Below are positions 12,291 to 24,248 of a stretch of DNA of 64,000 nucleotides, one piece after another (within the stretch, counting starts at the first letter, position 1; every line of letters begins with the position of its first letter). A program made the translations under genes and the position numbers. Under the pieces are notes generated by a model. It did not search any database, was not told the DNA's origin, and saw only the letters and a program-made list of their open reading frames with translations. This DNA is from Blasia pusilla. Its lineage: Eukaryota. Location: the NCBI GenBank assembly GCA_050084515.1, contig CM114271.1, forward strand, positions 4,092,001 through 4,156,000. Direction: 5' to 3'.

Positions 12291-15200
12291 CTACTTTTCT
12301 GAAAATATGTGTTCATCATTTCCTCGAGAATCATCACCTTGCCCCTTCCCATAATCCTTCTCTCTTTCTGTAATTACTATTTATTTTCGATAATACATCT
12401 CAATGGCCTTACATCATGTACAAGCCTTGGAATTGATATGTCGCGCTGAGGTAGTGGGAGGGTCACTCGTGTCATCGTTCACGTTTTACCAACTCTTCGT
12501 GTTCTTGTCAAATTTTTATCAAGATATTTATTGATCAAATTTAAATCAATGTTTGCATTAGCTAGTGCCCCTTTTCTTTCTTCCATTCTTTAATGCATTG
12601 TTTGACTCTTTTTTGAGATGTTACCTTTCTTTTGAAGTTTATTTTGTATTTTAATGGGTATACTAATTCACTCATATCAATACAGAATAAATAGTTTCAA
12701 ACATACCTGTGTACAGCGGATCATTAGAACTGATAGATTTGCTACGTCTCCATTACCCATGAGTTACGAAGTGATATAACCTGTCAGCTGACATTTCCAT
12801 CCGCTATTACATTATTGGGCTACAGATTTGTGGATGAACTACTCATTCATCATGTGGTTTGTGTTTTAAGTCAATAGCCACGCACTCACATCATTAGGGA
12901 ATTAATTAGGTATTTTGCAATGACAAGTAGGAAGTTAATGGTAGACTGGGAGTTGTTATTTTATGTAGTTAAACAGTTATTAGGACCTCGTTATCTTCCT
13001 ATCCACTTCGGATCTCATCAACAGCGGAAGGTTCATCCTGTGTGCCTTTGCTTCTTCCATTATCATCACATCTCCACTTAATTCAAATAACCTAGATGTT
13101 ACCGCAGGCATGATCGAGATTCTGCAGTAATTTCCGTGTAGATATTTATTCAGAATGTTGTATGTATGCATAATAGTAGTTTCTTTTCCTCCTTGGTTCA
13201 AAGTGACTTCATACTATTCTCTTCCGGATCATTATGTTCAGTGCTTCAGAGCGTCCGGACTACACGAGAAGTTTCCAGGTAGTCAACATGCCCGATGAAT
13301 GCGTTTAAAGGTTATGGACACTTCGTTAGGTGGGTATTCAGGTGTTTTCATTCTGGAAGACTTTGACGCAGGTATCCAAAGGATGGACTATCTTCATTGA
13401 AATCCAGTTGTTTCACCGAATTGGGAAGTTGATTTCCTCATTTCCACTGGTGACCTTACAATCATGAGGCTTAAGCCCCCATTCCTTACCAAACCAGTAC
13501 TCTGCAATGATCAGCTCCAAATTGGGTTGTAGTTAATTAAAATCCGCTAGCATCTCAAAAAACTTGAGGCATTTGTAAGGTCTTATCAACGAAATATCTA
13601 GACCATAGATAAATTCAGAGGACCTAGAAATGCACTGACATGCACTCCAGGCGTGCATGTCGGTGCATTTTGATAGAGGTGTTCACGTGGGACGAAACTC
13701 CTCATCCTCTCCAGAACACAGAATAATCATAAGGAAAGGATATCTCATTACTCAACCAAGCCTAGTTGTGCAACTCAATCTTAAATACTAGATCTCTTCG
13801 CCCAGAGTCAGGCAACACACCACATTAACTATGATACTTCAGTTGTGAAATCCTTCAGGTGCTAGAAACCTGGACAGGACATCCGAGTCCCATAGTCATC
13901 AGCTTCAAACACCCTGATCCCACGTAAGTGTCTATTAAGGAGACCCCCACCCCCGCCACTTGCACAACATAAAAAGCAAGTGTTTGCCCAACGAGAAATA
14001 AATAAAGGCAGCAACAGTATTTGCTTCCCCATCCCGAGTGGCAACTTGGGATCGACAGAGCCGAGCCACCGGGCCTTTGGTAAGCCACCTTACATGGTGA
14101 AAGTAACTCTTCAATTCAGGTGCAAAGTACATTCTACTGCCAAAGTTTACCAGTTGCCTTTCCCTTCAGCTGCCGATCCATTTGGATGCTGGCCACACTA
14201 CCAGGCTGCAAGTTAATACCTGCATGTCAGATGTCTGCTTGTGGGATCAACAATATCGCACAATCTGCATAATCCCTAGTCTTGCCAGCGATACAGGATG
14301 CCAAGATGGACTGCTTGAGAAGATTTCACAGTTCACAGCTGAAACCATGCTGGGAAACTTCCCATTTCCATCTCACAGACCAGAGAAATTTTTTTGCATT
14401 TTGTCAGACTTCCCTAGTGGTGTATGTCCCTGGTGGTGGATTGACTCTTAAGTGTGGAAAACCAACAAAAACTGAAGGTCATGTAGGAGCTCAAAGTTAT
14501 CTTTGGGAGTTGGCAAACAAGTGAGAACTTGGAAAACCCAGAAGTGGATCTTGTTACGTACCTGAAGTAGTTGATAAGTCCAGGTACCCTAAAAACCAGG
14601 GCGGGCTGGCTGGACAGAAAGGTGGAGGGCAATAGCCCAACACTTGGATGCTTTACCCTAGTAAAGACGCCATCCATTACTAGGCCAAGCTATACCTTTG
14701 CACTAAGATTGGCCTTAACAGACTCTTCTGATATGTAGTGCACGAGCTTAGTTTGTGGAAAGAGGCAAGGTACATGATTAGTTGGCAACCAATTAGGTAG
14801 CAGACTAATACCTTTAAACCATATGTTTGGAAGCTCAAGACCCCACCTCTCCCCAAGTTTCCTCTACATGGTAATGAATAGCTGTTTACACCCACAATCC
14901 ATGGTGGAAGGCTCCCTGCTACTGGAAAGATGAGAAACCATGCAGCAGCTTAGATCTAAAGTAGATCCACCACAAGTGTAATTGAGAGCAGGTTTCCTAA
15001 TCCTTTCCTCAAATATGAGGTAAGAGTGATCTACCCTTACAGAGATGATCCACATAGGCATAGAGGAGAACGACGAGTTCTCCTAGTGCAGCTTTTTGAG
15101 GGGAGCACAATAACTCCAAAAGGAAAAGGTACATACCAGTTGGTACATTCCAAAACGCTTCTCATAGAGAAAGGCCCTGGCCTGATAGATCATATCAACA

Positions 15201-15828
15201 GCGTCAGAAATTTTAGAGAGGGCTTCCCAGCATTGATCAGAAAGGGGCATACGGCTTAATAATGAAAGGAATTCCACCACACAACAAATTGTGTGGTTCT
15301 TTCAAAAGTGATTCTGAACCATAAAGATCGAGTCAGCACGCGCAGTAAAGAATAAACAGAGGAGAGGGGCGAATGCACAGCTTCGTAAGTTTCTTACATG
15401 GATTCACAAGGTTTGAACTGCGACTCTGAAAGTTTCGGGCACAAATTAATCCCAAACTCCGCCTACTTAACCAAACCTAAATTTCCGATCAAACGAAGTA
15501 ATCAACTACTTGGAAAACGACACAGCCGCACCGAGGTCGCTCTGAAGAAACTCTAAGTGATACTACAGAGCAGATGAGTGAAGTAGCGTACTAATCTTTC
15601 ATCAGGGGATTGGATTTCCCCTGCCACACTGTGTTGGGCGAACCACGTTCTCTCTGAGTAAAACTCAGCAAGTGCGTCTGAAACTAGCATGTGGCACATA
15701 TCTCGTTTCGCCACACAAGCGCTGGTGTCAACACGGTCAGGCTATCGCACCCAGAAACGCGAACGCATTCGAAAAACCTTTGGCCATCGTTTCGTTACCA
15801 CACTGAAAGAAGCTGCAGAAGAGTGATC

Positions 15829-16127
15829 CACGAATATACTGGTGCACGACAATCCTGCCCGTCTGTCATCTTGAAGAAAGTTCGAAAAGGCTTGACAAAC
15901 TGCACGAAATAGTTCCAACAGTCACGAAATCTGCCTGTACTGTCGTGTTACCTCCAGGTACATCACGCGAAAATGATCATCGAAAAAGCAAGTTTCTTTA
16001 AGGCTACCCTTCAGATGCGAGAGGACACGAAACGAGGTTAATCAAGGTGCACGACACGCAACGAGGCTCATGAAAGTAGACACGAAACGAGGGTACTCAG
16101 AGGGTCACGGATGTAAGGCTTCACACG
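15829..16127 (-). promoter_or_regulatory. Strand-biased (U)CGUG motif cluster in the 3'UTR region of the NSR-like gene
   Basis: 11 CACG on the + strand in 300 bp versus 1 CGTG. Includes three copies of GACACGMAACGAGG at 16024, 16053 and 16079. Confidence 0.55.
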
Positions 16128-16279
16128 GTATATACGAGCTCTCCCATCGTTTATGAACGCGCATATTCCCATAGCCCACCTACATCGTTCCCGTCAACCC
16201 TAGTCATCGGATTGGAATGTGCAGAGGTCCAGGGTCTCGAATCGGAGCCGGAAGTTCAAGGCAAGTCCGCACACGAATC

Positions 16280-16444
16280 CTGGGATATAAAAGAAAGAGA
16301 CCAGCGTGGTTCTAAAATGTCAAGGAGTTCCACTAGGGAAGTGAATCGTACACACGTATTATAAGACGACACGCGAGGGGGATCGACAGTGCTCAGGTTC
16401 GACAAGTGCGACTAACGAGGCCCCTAAACGCAGAAAAGCGTTAC
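16280..16444 (-). other. Predicted 3'UTR intron of the NSR-like gene
   Basis: Donor AAG|GTAAC lies 17 nt after the TGA. Acceptor TCTCTTTCTTTTATATCCCAG| has a strong polypyrimidine tract. Confidence 0.65.
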
Positions 16445-16461
16445 CTTGACAGAACACGTTC

Positions 16462-18658
16462 TCATCGACGCGCATTCCGGCGCCGATCACCGTAATCACT
16501 TTCGCGTGCACCACCGCGTCCACCACCGCGGTAGGTTTCATCCCGAGGAGGCGGCCCTCGGGGTCCCGGATGACGAGCGAACGAAAGGCGAAGAGCGTAT
16601 GAATCGGGATCTGTCTCATCAAACTTGTACCCTGAAAGACAATTTTGGGTCAGTGGCGACCAGATGTCCTGGTTTTACAGGTCGTCTTGTCCTGGGAGAA
16701 GTTAAAAGCCCAACACACACTCCAGGCTCGGGGACATCAAGATGGGCCCCTTCTCGTGCAGTTAAAATCTCATACCTTGCAAAGCTTCTAGTGCGGTAGC
16801 AGCACATCTGGCATCAGCGAACTCCACAAAGCACAGCACAACCTGTTCCATGACAACAAAATACAGGGAGGTATGAAATCAAATCAGTATTCTTAGCCAG
16901 GAAATCTTAGGATATAGGTCAGGGAAGGTATATGGAACAAAGAAACCACTCACTCGCTTGGCATCCTTGTGGACCAACCGTACTTCCTTAAAACCAATGA
17001 AGGGTCGGAAAATGTCTGCATTAACTGTGAAGGTCTCCACAAACTGCATACGTGAACATCATAAAGCGCCGCACATTCCTCACTCAGCTCGTAAACAAGT
17101 CTTACAATGAACTATAAAGAGACGCAAAAAGGATACGTGCGGCTTCTCGTCTCGAACAATCAAGAGGTAGACCGTCTACAAACAAAGTTGACGATGCATC
17201 CGGAGGAAGCATGTCAAGACCTCCATGTAGGACTTCAGATTCTTGAGAGACACCATTCAGACCGAGATTTCCTTGCATTCCACCCATCCCAACATCCCTT
17301 CCAACCATTCGCCCCCCCGGGCCCAGAAGTGCAGGGTCCTCTCCAAGACCTCCCATTCCAAGGCTTCCGAGGTTTCCAGCACCAGGAACGCTCATGCCCA
17401 TGCCTGGGCCACCAGTGATTGTCAGGTCATTTCCGAGACCTCCCGCTCCGTACGCAAGCTGCAATAAAGCATATCCCGTCGTAAAGATAGGGCTTCTATC
17501 CAACAGAAGGTGAGACATTATCACGCTAGTCGCACGAGACGTCCCAATCTAATCAGCAACAACCAAGCGCACGAAAGGTGTACTCACTTCCTGATTAACG
17601 AGATATGAGTGAGTCCATGACCCCTTTGAGTTCATGCTCCCAAACCAGCGGACACAGATTACTTACGGGATTTGATCTTTACCTGCCAAAGTACGCTAGA
17701 CTTCAAACATCCCCCAAGGCTCTATGAAGGTTAATAGCCATTGTGACAGACTATAAGAAAGCATCACACTCAGCATGTAACTACAGCTAAACCCTGTTTC
17801 ATATAGAATGGACAATTCGCACATGCTCCTTCTTGGGCGCAGACACACATCCATGACAAGGTTGCAACCTCTGCCCGGTGAAGGTTCGGACAAGAGACTA
17901 AGTCAAGACTCCATGCACGGCTTTTTAGGCCTTCAGTATCTCGTATGAATGAGGACACCCAAGTTCCTGGAAATACCGCAATTCTTCTCAGTTTCTGCTA
18001 CAGATAAATTTCCCCTACCAAGAATGAAATCGGCATGTGTCATCCTGCAGAAGTTGGTACTCAGGTACAAGGATAAACCTACAGTACTCGAGCTACGTTT
18101 CACTGAATAGAGATGATCCAATCGCTCGCTCATAGGCCAAGACTCGACAAAACCTAAGGTCTTCGCTTACAAGATCTGTTGTTCCTCCTAAAGCATCTGG
18201 CTCGCGCCATCCACCTCGGGTACCACGGCCATCGTCGTATCGTTCTCCTCCTCTTGGGGTGTAGCCCCCAACTTCATGTCCAACCGCTGGTACCACTCCG
18301 GCTCCGCCTCTAGCAGAACCATAAGTCCCTCGAGCGGGTACATCATCTACATTCATCACGAAAACCTCTCAGCACAGACGCGACGAATTGCTCAGGACAA
18401 CGACTCGAGTTCCTCACTTTCACAGAGGCAGACGTCCTCGGAAGGAAGTTTGCAGGAGCGCTTGAGGCCCCAATTGCAAACGCAAAGTCCTTCTCAAACT
18501 CGATGAATGACTGCGCAAACCCCGGGCGTACGAACCCACGACAGTACACAAGTAAGGCAGATACCGTAATCTCCATAGTCTCGACGCGTGCGCTTTGCTG
18601 CAGGCGAAGGCACGCGCCTTGTGTCCGCTCCCCTCCACGCACCTGCGTAATCCCCCAT
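16462..18658 (-). CDS. NSR: Nuclear speckle RNA-binding protein (NSR-like, single C-terminal RRM)
   Basis: Manually spliced GT-AG exons with consistent phases: 18658-18565, 18346-18171, 17458-17137, 17015-16954, 16842-16776, 16631-16462. Protein: MGDYAGAWR...AKRTRRDY...Gly-rich...LPPDASSTLFVDGLPLDCSRREAAHIFRPFIGFKEVRLVHKDAKRVVLCFVEFADARCAATALEALQGYKFDETDPDSYALRLSFARHPGPR. This matches the Arabidopsis NSRa/b architecture (KRPRSD motif, LPSDASNTLYVEGLP...HIFRPF). Confidence 0.9.
17016..17136 (-). other. U12-type (minor spliceosome) GT-AG intron
   Basis: The 5' end GTATCCTTT is the U12 consensus. A branch-like ACCTTCAC lies about 11 nt before the CAG, with no polypyrimidine tract. Confidence 0.75.
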
Positions 18659-19764
18659 GATTCTTCCCGCTGCCTATCCTCCTCTTTTCCTCTCCCGCGC
18701 GCCGATCCGTCTTCCCGCGTCCTTCCCTATCGCGAAAATCCGAAGTTAACACGATCTTCGTGCTCTCTCCTCGTAACCAACCACCACCGACCTCCTTCCG
18801 CCGCTCCCACGCAAAGAAAGCGCTCCTCTACCTCCCCTCGCACAGCAACAACCTCTCTCAACAACGAAGTGGACACATCAAAACTGCTCACCAGTACAAA
18901 ATCTCTACTTCGCAACCGAAACCCGCAACTGACCCTCCCTTCCTTCCTCAGCACACGCACACACGCATGGATTCTCACCGTCTCTTTATCCCCTCTTCTA
19001 AGTTCCTCCCTCCCTTACTCGACAACAACATCCTACTCCTTCGTGATTCTCTCTACCTCCGCTGCCTCGAGCTCAGATCTATCTTACTCTCTCCCCCCCT
19101 CCCCCCACGCCCCTCACCCTCTCTCTCTCTTGTCTCTCTCTCCTGTTCTCCCGCACGCTTTGACCGCGCGTCGGCTGTTTTCCACCTCTTGCGTATAATT
19201 GCAACGAACAAACAAACAATTAGGACTGGGGAGGTACGCGCCACTCACACGTGGCGGTTACGGGAGATGCCGCCGGCTATGTCCGGTGGCGGAGGGAGGC
19301 GGATGGGGATTCAATTCGCATTGGGTGGGTGACGGGGAGGGTCCACGAGTTCGAACGAAGCGGGTTCGACCGGGAACCGGTTGGCGGGCTAGATGGAGTC
19401 AGCAAGGATACGCCACCTCGGATGGTGAGCTGGTACTTTCCGTAACTGCAGATGAGTTGCAACGCAGAGTTCGTCCACCGACGATCCTAGAGCCCTAGAA
19501 CCGACGGTGGAGATGGGCATCTCCGGATTCCCTTCCCGCACCCTCAACGGTCCCATCAGTTTACATCCACTGCCGGGAATCTTTCACTTGCTGCCTTAAC
19601 CACCCGGAACCGTAAGCGTACTCCCCTATTCACGAATTCCGGACGTCCGTCATCGAGCCACGTTACTTATCTCCCGGCGAGACCAATGGTTCTAAGAACC
19701 GGGAAGAACAAAACATTAATAAAAATTCACATTGAATTTTATATTGTTAAAAAAGATAAACAAA

Positions 19765-20120
19765 TATATAATATTAAAAGAGGATAGGTTTGGAAGTCCT
19801 CTTCATATATAGATGTTTTGAGTTTCTCCGGTAATGACAGTTGTACAAGAACATTTAACTAAGTGCTAACAAGAATTAAGGGATCTTTTCACCCGCGCAG
19901 GGAAGATGCTAATAAGAATTAAAAGAGGATGGGCTTCGAGCGCAGGGAAGATGCTAATAAGAATTAAAAAAGGATGGGCTTCGAGGATCCCTTCCTCCCC
20001 ATGATTATACATATATATTTTTCTTCCTCTTGTGTAAGAAAGATTTAAACTAACATTACAGTACGAGATATCTTTCTCGTGTGTGATTTTCATCTGTGCA
20101 TAACATAAGCATTATACTAG
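19765..20120 (+). mobile_element. Degenerate non-autonomous Helitron (family shared with 63617-63779)
   Basis: The 3' end CTGTGCATAACATAAGCATTATACTAG|T is a CpG-decayed version of CCGTGCATCGCACGAGCATCTTACTAG|T (36991-37018). The 5' ATTAAAAGAGGAT and the subterminal ACGAGATRTCTTTC...GTGATTYTCAT are shared with 63617-63779. Confidence 0.6.
19895..19984. repeat. 45-bp direct tandem duplication
   Basis: GCGCAGGGAAGATGCTAATAAGAATTAAAA(G/A)AGGATGGGCTTCGA x2. Confidence 0.95.
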
Positions 20121-20323
20121 TTAAGATTATATTAGTGTAACCCATTCACAAAATTAAATTATCTCTACTAACTAGTGTGGCCGCCCCAGATGGATTTTAT
20201 CCGAATGGCTTTGTGAAAGGTAGTTGGTTTGTAATACTACCACATCTAAGATAGTTGCAGATATCGAAGCAAGACCGTGAAAGTGAAACTCCTTTGTTTG
20301 AGAAGTTGTTGGTTGTCCAAGGT

Positions 20324-21770
20324 GGTTTCACTTTGATCAATATTTATCAATTATTGGCATAGGCTCAAGTGATATTTTACCATTCTTGGTTAGAAAATTG
20401 AGTAACAAGTTTGAATTATAATGTAGGAAAGTTTAATAATGTTTATGTGAACCAATTATTATCCTTACCCATGGTGTAAACAATCTTTGGTTCACTTTGA
20501 TCAATAGGTATCAACCAATGGCATAGGATTAATTGATCTTTATAGATTTCAACCTCTATTCCTCTTTGACTCCTCAAAAAGCACCCATGACCTTCAGATT
20601 TGCAAGCATTAATATTGGGTTAAGTCTCAAAGACATAATCGCTTAAGCACCCAGTTGGTAATTAGACAATTGTTGAGCAATAATCACACTTATGAGTCTT
20701 CCAAGATGTATAACGTATTCCCAAGATGGCTCTTTCCCAAGCCTTGGCTAATCTCCCCAAGTCGCTCGCCTAAATAAAAACATGTTGGTTATTTCATTAA
20801 GGTGTGTCCTTGATGGTTCCTTAGCTCAAACTTGAAACACGGCCAAATACGCATCATGATTAATCTTTTGTTCATGGACTTGAGTAGGTAAGAAGGGATA
20901 GAGTCCCCCCCTAGATGTACTTTTAGAGTTTTCCAAAGGCTAAACAAACCCACCTTTCCTACCATCCACCATGGGCCCTTCATTTTGGCCCACAACCCCA
21001 ATGTGATTTGGGGATCTGCCAAGATGTTTTGGTAGAGATTCTTCCAGATTCTATAACTTATCACTCCCCGATTGCATATTTTTCAACCCACCTTTTTTTT
21101 GCCTTAAGGCTAGCGCTCTCTCAACTATCGCCATTTGGTGTCAGATGGTTGTCTTGCCTCCCTTTATATTTCATGACAAATTGGTCTCATCATATCTCAC
21201 CCTTCCTAACTACTTTCGTGTTCCTTTCTACTTTCCCTTGACTTGGAACTTGGCTCAAGGATCTTATACATTGCTTGCATTGCCCTCATGCCGGTAGATG
21301 GCTACATCTTTTCTTAGCTAAGCTACGTTTTCGTCTCGACTAGTGTTAGTCCCGCGGCCGGTTTCACCACCCTTTCTAGTATTGCGATTAGCTAGTCTAC
21401 ATTTCGACCTTGGTGTGTCATAAGAAGGGCTCTTCTCCTAGGACCCATGATCATCACTCATTTTGACTCACTTCCCAAGTCTCCGATAATATGGGCATTA
21501 TAGATTTAACTATTTGCAACACTTTTATTTTTTGATCATCTATCAAGAGACCAATTAATTGATTTGAACTATATAATATGAAAGTCTAATAGATATTATA
21601 TTAACTAATGAGACCAAAGGTATTAATTGTTCTTGACCATGATCGATGTAGTTTACTTTGATCAATAAGAACCAGTTATTGGCATAGGCCAGACTAATAT
21701 TTGCCATCATGTGTGAAGAAACGAAGTAACTAATTTGAACTATAGAACACTAAAGTGTAATAGTGATTAC
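20324..21770. repeat. Degenerate about 165-bp repeat units interrupted by an about 1-kb insertion
   Basis: ACTTTGATCAATA...TGGCATAGG recurs at about 20330, 20494 and 21655. TTTGAAYTATA...AAAGT.TAATA recurs at about 20410, 21563 and 21734. Confidence 0.6.
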
Positions 21771-23676
21771 ATAAAAAAATCAATATTATTTTTTTCAAAT
21801 AAACTCGATGCTAAATTTGATCAAAATATCTGCTCAGAATGTGCATAATAAACCTTCACAAAAGTCACCAAAGCTATATGTTGGGAACAAATATAGTAAT
21901 CTCTTGAAAGAAACAAGATAGATTTCAAAGGAATTAAGGAACAAATGGAAGGTAGTATTGCTACATATGAGGTACACTTGAAAGTCCTTGGACACGCAAT
22001 TAGTTCCAATCTACACCAACAAAGGCAAAAAAAGTAAATAACATTTGTTATTTATTAAGAACTTCTAAAGCTACAAGCATAACAACAATTTTCTTGATAA
22101 AAAACAATTGAGAAGGAGCGAGTAAAATCCATTCATAGAGTATGATTTATCTTCATCATCAATGATAAGTAATCTATACTAGTATGGGAGAGTGGCGTAT
22201 CGATGTGCAAACGCTCCAGGTGTCGAAACGTAGCATTTTTGGTTTATAGGCATTTTTGGTTATGAGAGGCTTTTGGTTGCCTTGGTCTGACAGAGTCTGG
22301 ATGGTCAGATGTCAGATTTTAGGGTTTCGTATTAGGCGCCACAGTTTAACCGTTTTTTTTTCTCCGATTTTCAAAATTACGTACTTACAAACCATTTTGA
22401 TCTCACGATCACGGAGATCTGTTGATGAAGGATGTGGTTCATCTTCCAGTATTTATGGTGTGCATTCAATTTTTGACATTCACATTTGCAAACTTCAAGG
22501 GCTTATGAAGTTAAGCTCTTTTATACACCCTAGAGGGCAACTTCTTGGACTTCTCATTTATTCATCTGTATTGAATGCTTACATGTATACACGTATACCC
22601 AGGGTATGCATACTCTTATTCATTGATACAAAAATTAGTAGTTACAGTAATATCTTTTTGATTTCTCTACTGCTCTTACAACTTCCTATGCTTGTCGTTT
22701 TGCAGATACTTGACAGTATTCAATAGCGAGTTCAGAAAGTGAGTCTCTTAAGCAAGTTCAGCAAGTCTGTGCAACAATATTAGTAGTCATCCGAAGACAT
22801 TCAATTCCGGAACAACACAAAAGTCTCCAAGTTTGATTCAAGCTCCACCTCCAACGCTCTTAGGCCCCCACTCCAACACTCTAAAGCTTCTCTAGTCTCT
22901 TACTCTCGCCCTGAACGTGCAACCATTCAAGACAACAGAGAAGTGAAATAGAAAAGATGGCAACCAGAATCATAACAAAGAAGTCCATGCAGTGTAAGGG
23001 CAAGAGTGTGTCCAAGGTGACCTCATCAAAAAAACATTTCGAAGTGAAGTCAGCCGATCTGGAACCATTGGAGAGTTCCAAGTGGTCTCCGATTTCTGAG
23101 GAGGATTGCATGAGACTAAGTAAGTGGAAGAATTCACACTTCCATAGTAGTCTAGCATAGGGAAAGAGACTCACTCATGAACACGCTCCAGGATTCGAAA
23201 ATGCAATAAAAGACTCAATGTCTGCTAGAGCACATCCTACATCATCTTTTAAGGGATATGTTTCGAATCACGTTGAAGGATGTGAAGATGATATTCATGT
23301 AGACGTCAAAGGTACTCCTCTGTATTAGATAAGGAGGCCTGAGGATGAAATAAGATACACAATAGAGGGACAATCTGCAAAGAAACGATAGAGGATCCCA
23401 CATCCCGAAATGCACGAACGTTGCTTACCACCTCAACGGAGGTGTTCGGTCGAGCTTGGGATAGAAAAGCTAATGCTAGACAAAAACCGGAGCCATCTTT
23501 GAGAGTTATGAGTGCGCACTTGATAGCAAAAATCAAAGAGAGTGAGCAAGAAAGCAAGATGAGATTGTGGACGTATGAGAAGGGTGATGTATCTTCAGCC
23601 CTGAAAAGATCTCTGTCGCAAAAGCGAGATGGCATGAGTAATCCATCCAAGCTCACACAAAGGGTCTTCTTAGTAG

Positions 23677-23758
23677 TATTAAAGATTGAGTTACAGACAA
23701 GCTCATGAGACACTTGAGCCGTTTTCCACCAGTTATGCTTCTTTAGTAGTTTTCCACA
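23677..23758 (+). repeat. 5' LTR (82 bp, internally deleted)
   Basis: Matches the first and last parts of the 3' LTR. About 230 bp are missing. Confidence 0.9.
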
Positions 23759-24248
23759 TGGTATCACAGCGGTAGGAGAACATCATTTGAAATTCTTGGT
23801 ATTTGAGGAGAGGAAAGAGGGCAAATTATAGTTTAGGAGAAGGAAATTTTGTTCAGATTTTAAGTGGAGCTTTGACGGTGATAAAACTTTGGAGGTGTTT
23901 TTTAAGGCTTTCCCGGTTGATTTAGCCATCCAAGTCCGCAACGGCTATAACAATGCCAAAGACTTGTTCTAGCCATCTTGTAGGGCTCGTTGAGAGCTTT
24001 CCAATGCACCCAAAATTGCTTGATTTTGACATTTGGAGCTCCTCCCGTAACAATTTAAATGTAGGAAAGTGCAATTAGTGAAGAAAAGTTGTGCAATTTG
24101 CTCTCTACACGCCAATTTCGACTAATTCTTTCATACAATTGATCAATTTTGGAAACTTTCAGGTAAATTTCTATGTAGGAGTGATCTATGATTCAAATGG
24201 AACAATAGAGAGCCTTAAATTACGTCTTTTTGAGTGAAATTGTTCGTC

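Noticed and set aside
13733-13743. ATATCCTTT (AT-AC U12 donor consensus) on the minus strand
   Set aside because: No convincing branch site plus AC acceptor was found, and one such 9-mer is plausible by chance in 64 kb.
18347-18359. ORF-track start (MMNVDD...) as the NSR start codon
   Set aside because: An upstream exon (18658-18565) with the conserved W...KRxRxDY motif splices in phase to 18346.
18503-19332. 231-aa and 190-aa + strand ORFs
   Set aside because: Low-complexity S/P/L shadows of the CT/GA-rich 5' region of the minus-strand NSR gene.
19355-19400. GGTTCGA T-loop-like motif suggesting a tRNA
   Set aside because: No cloverleaf stems or A-box could be built.
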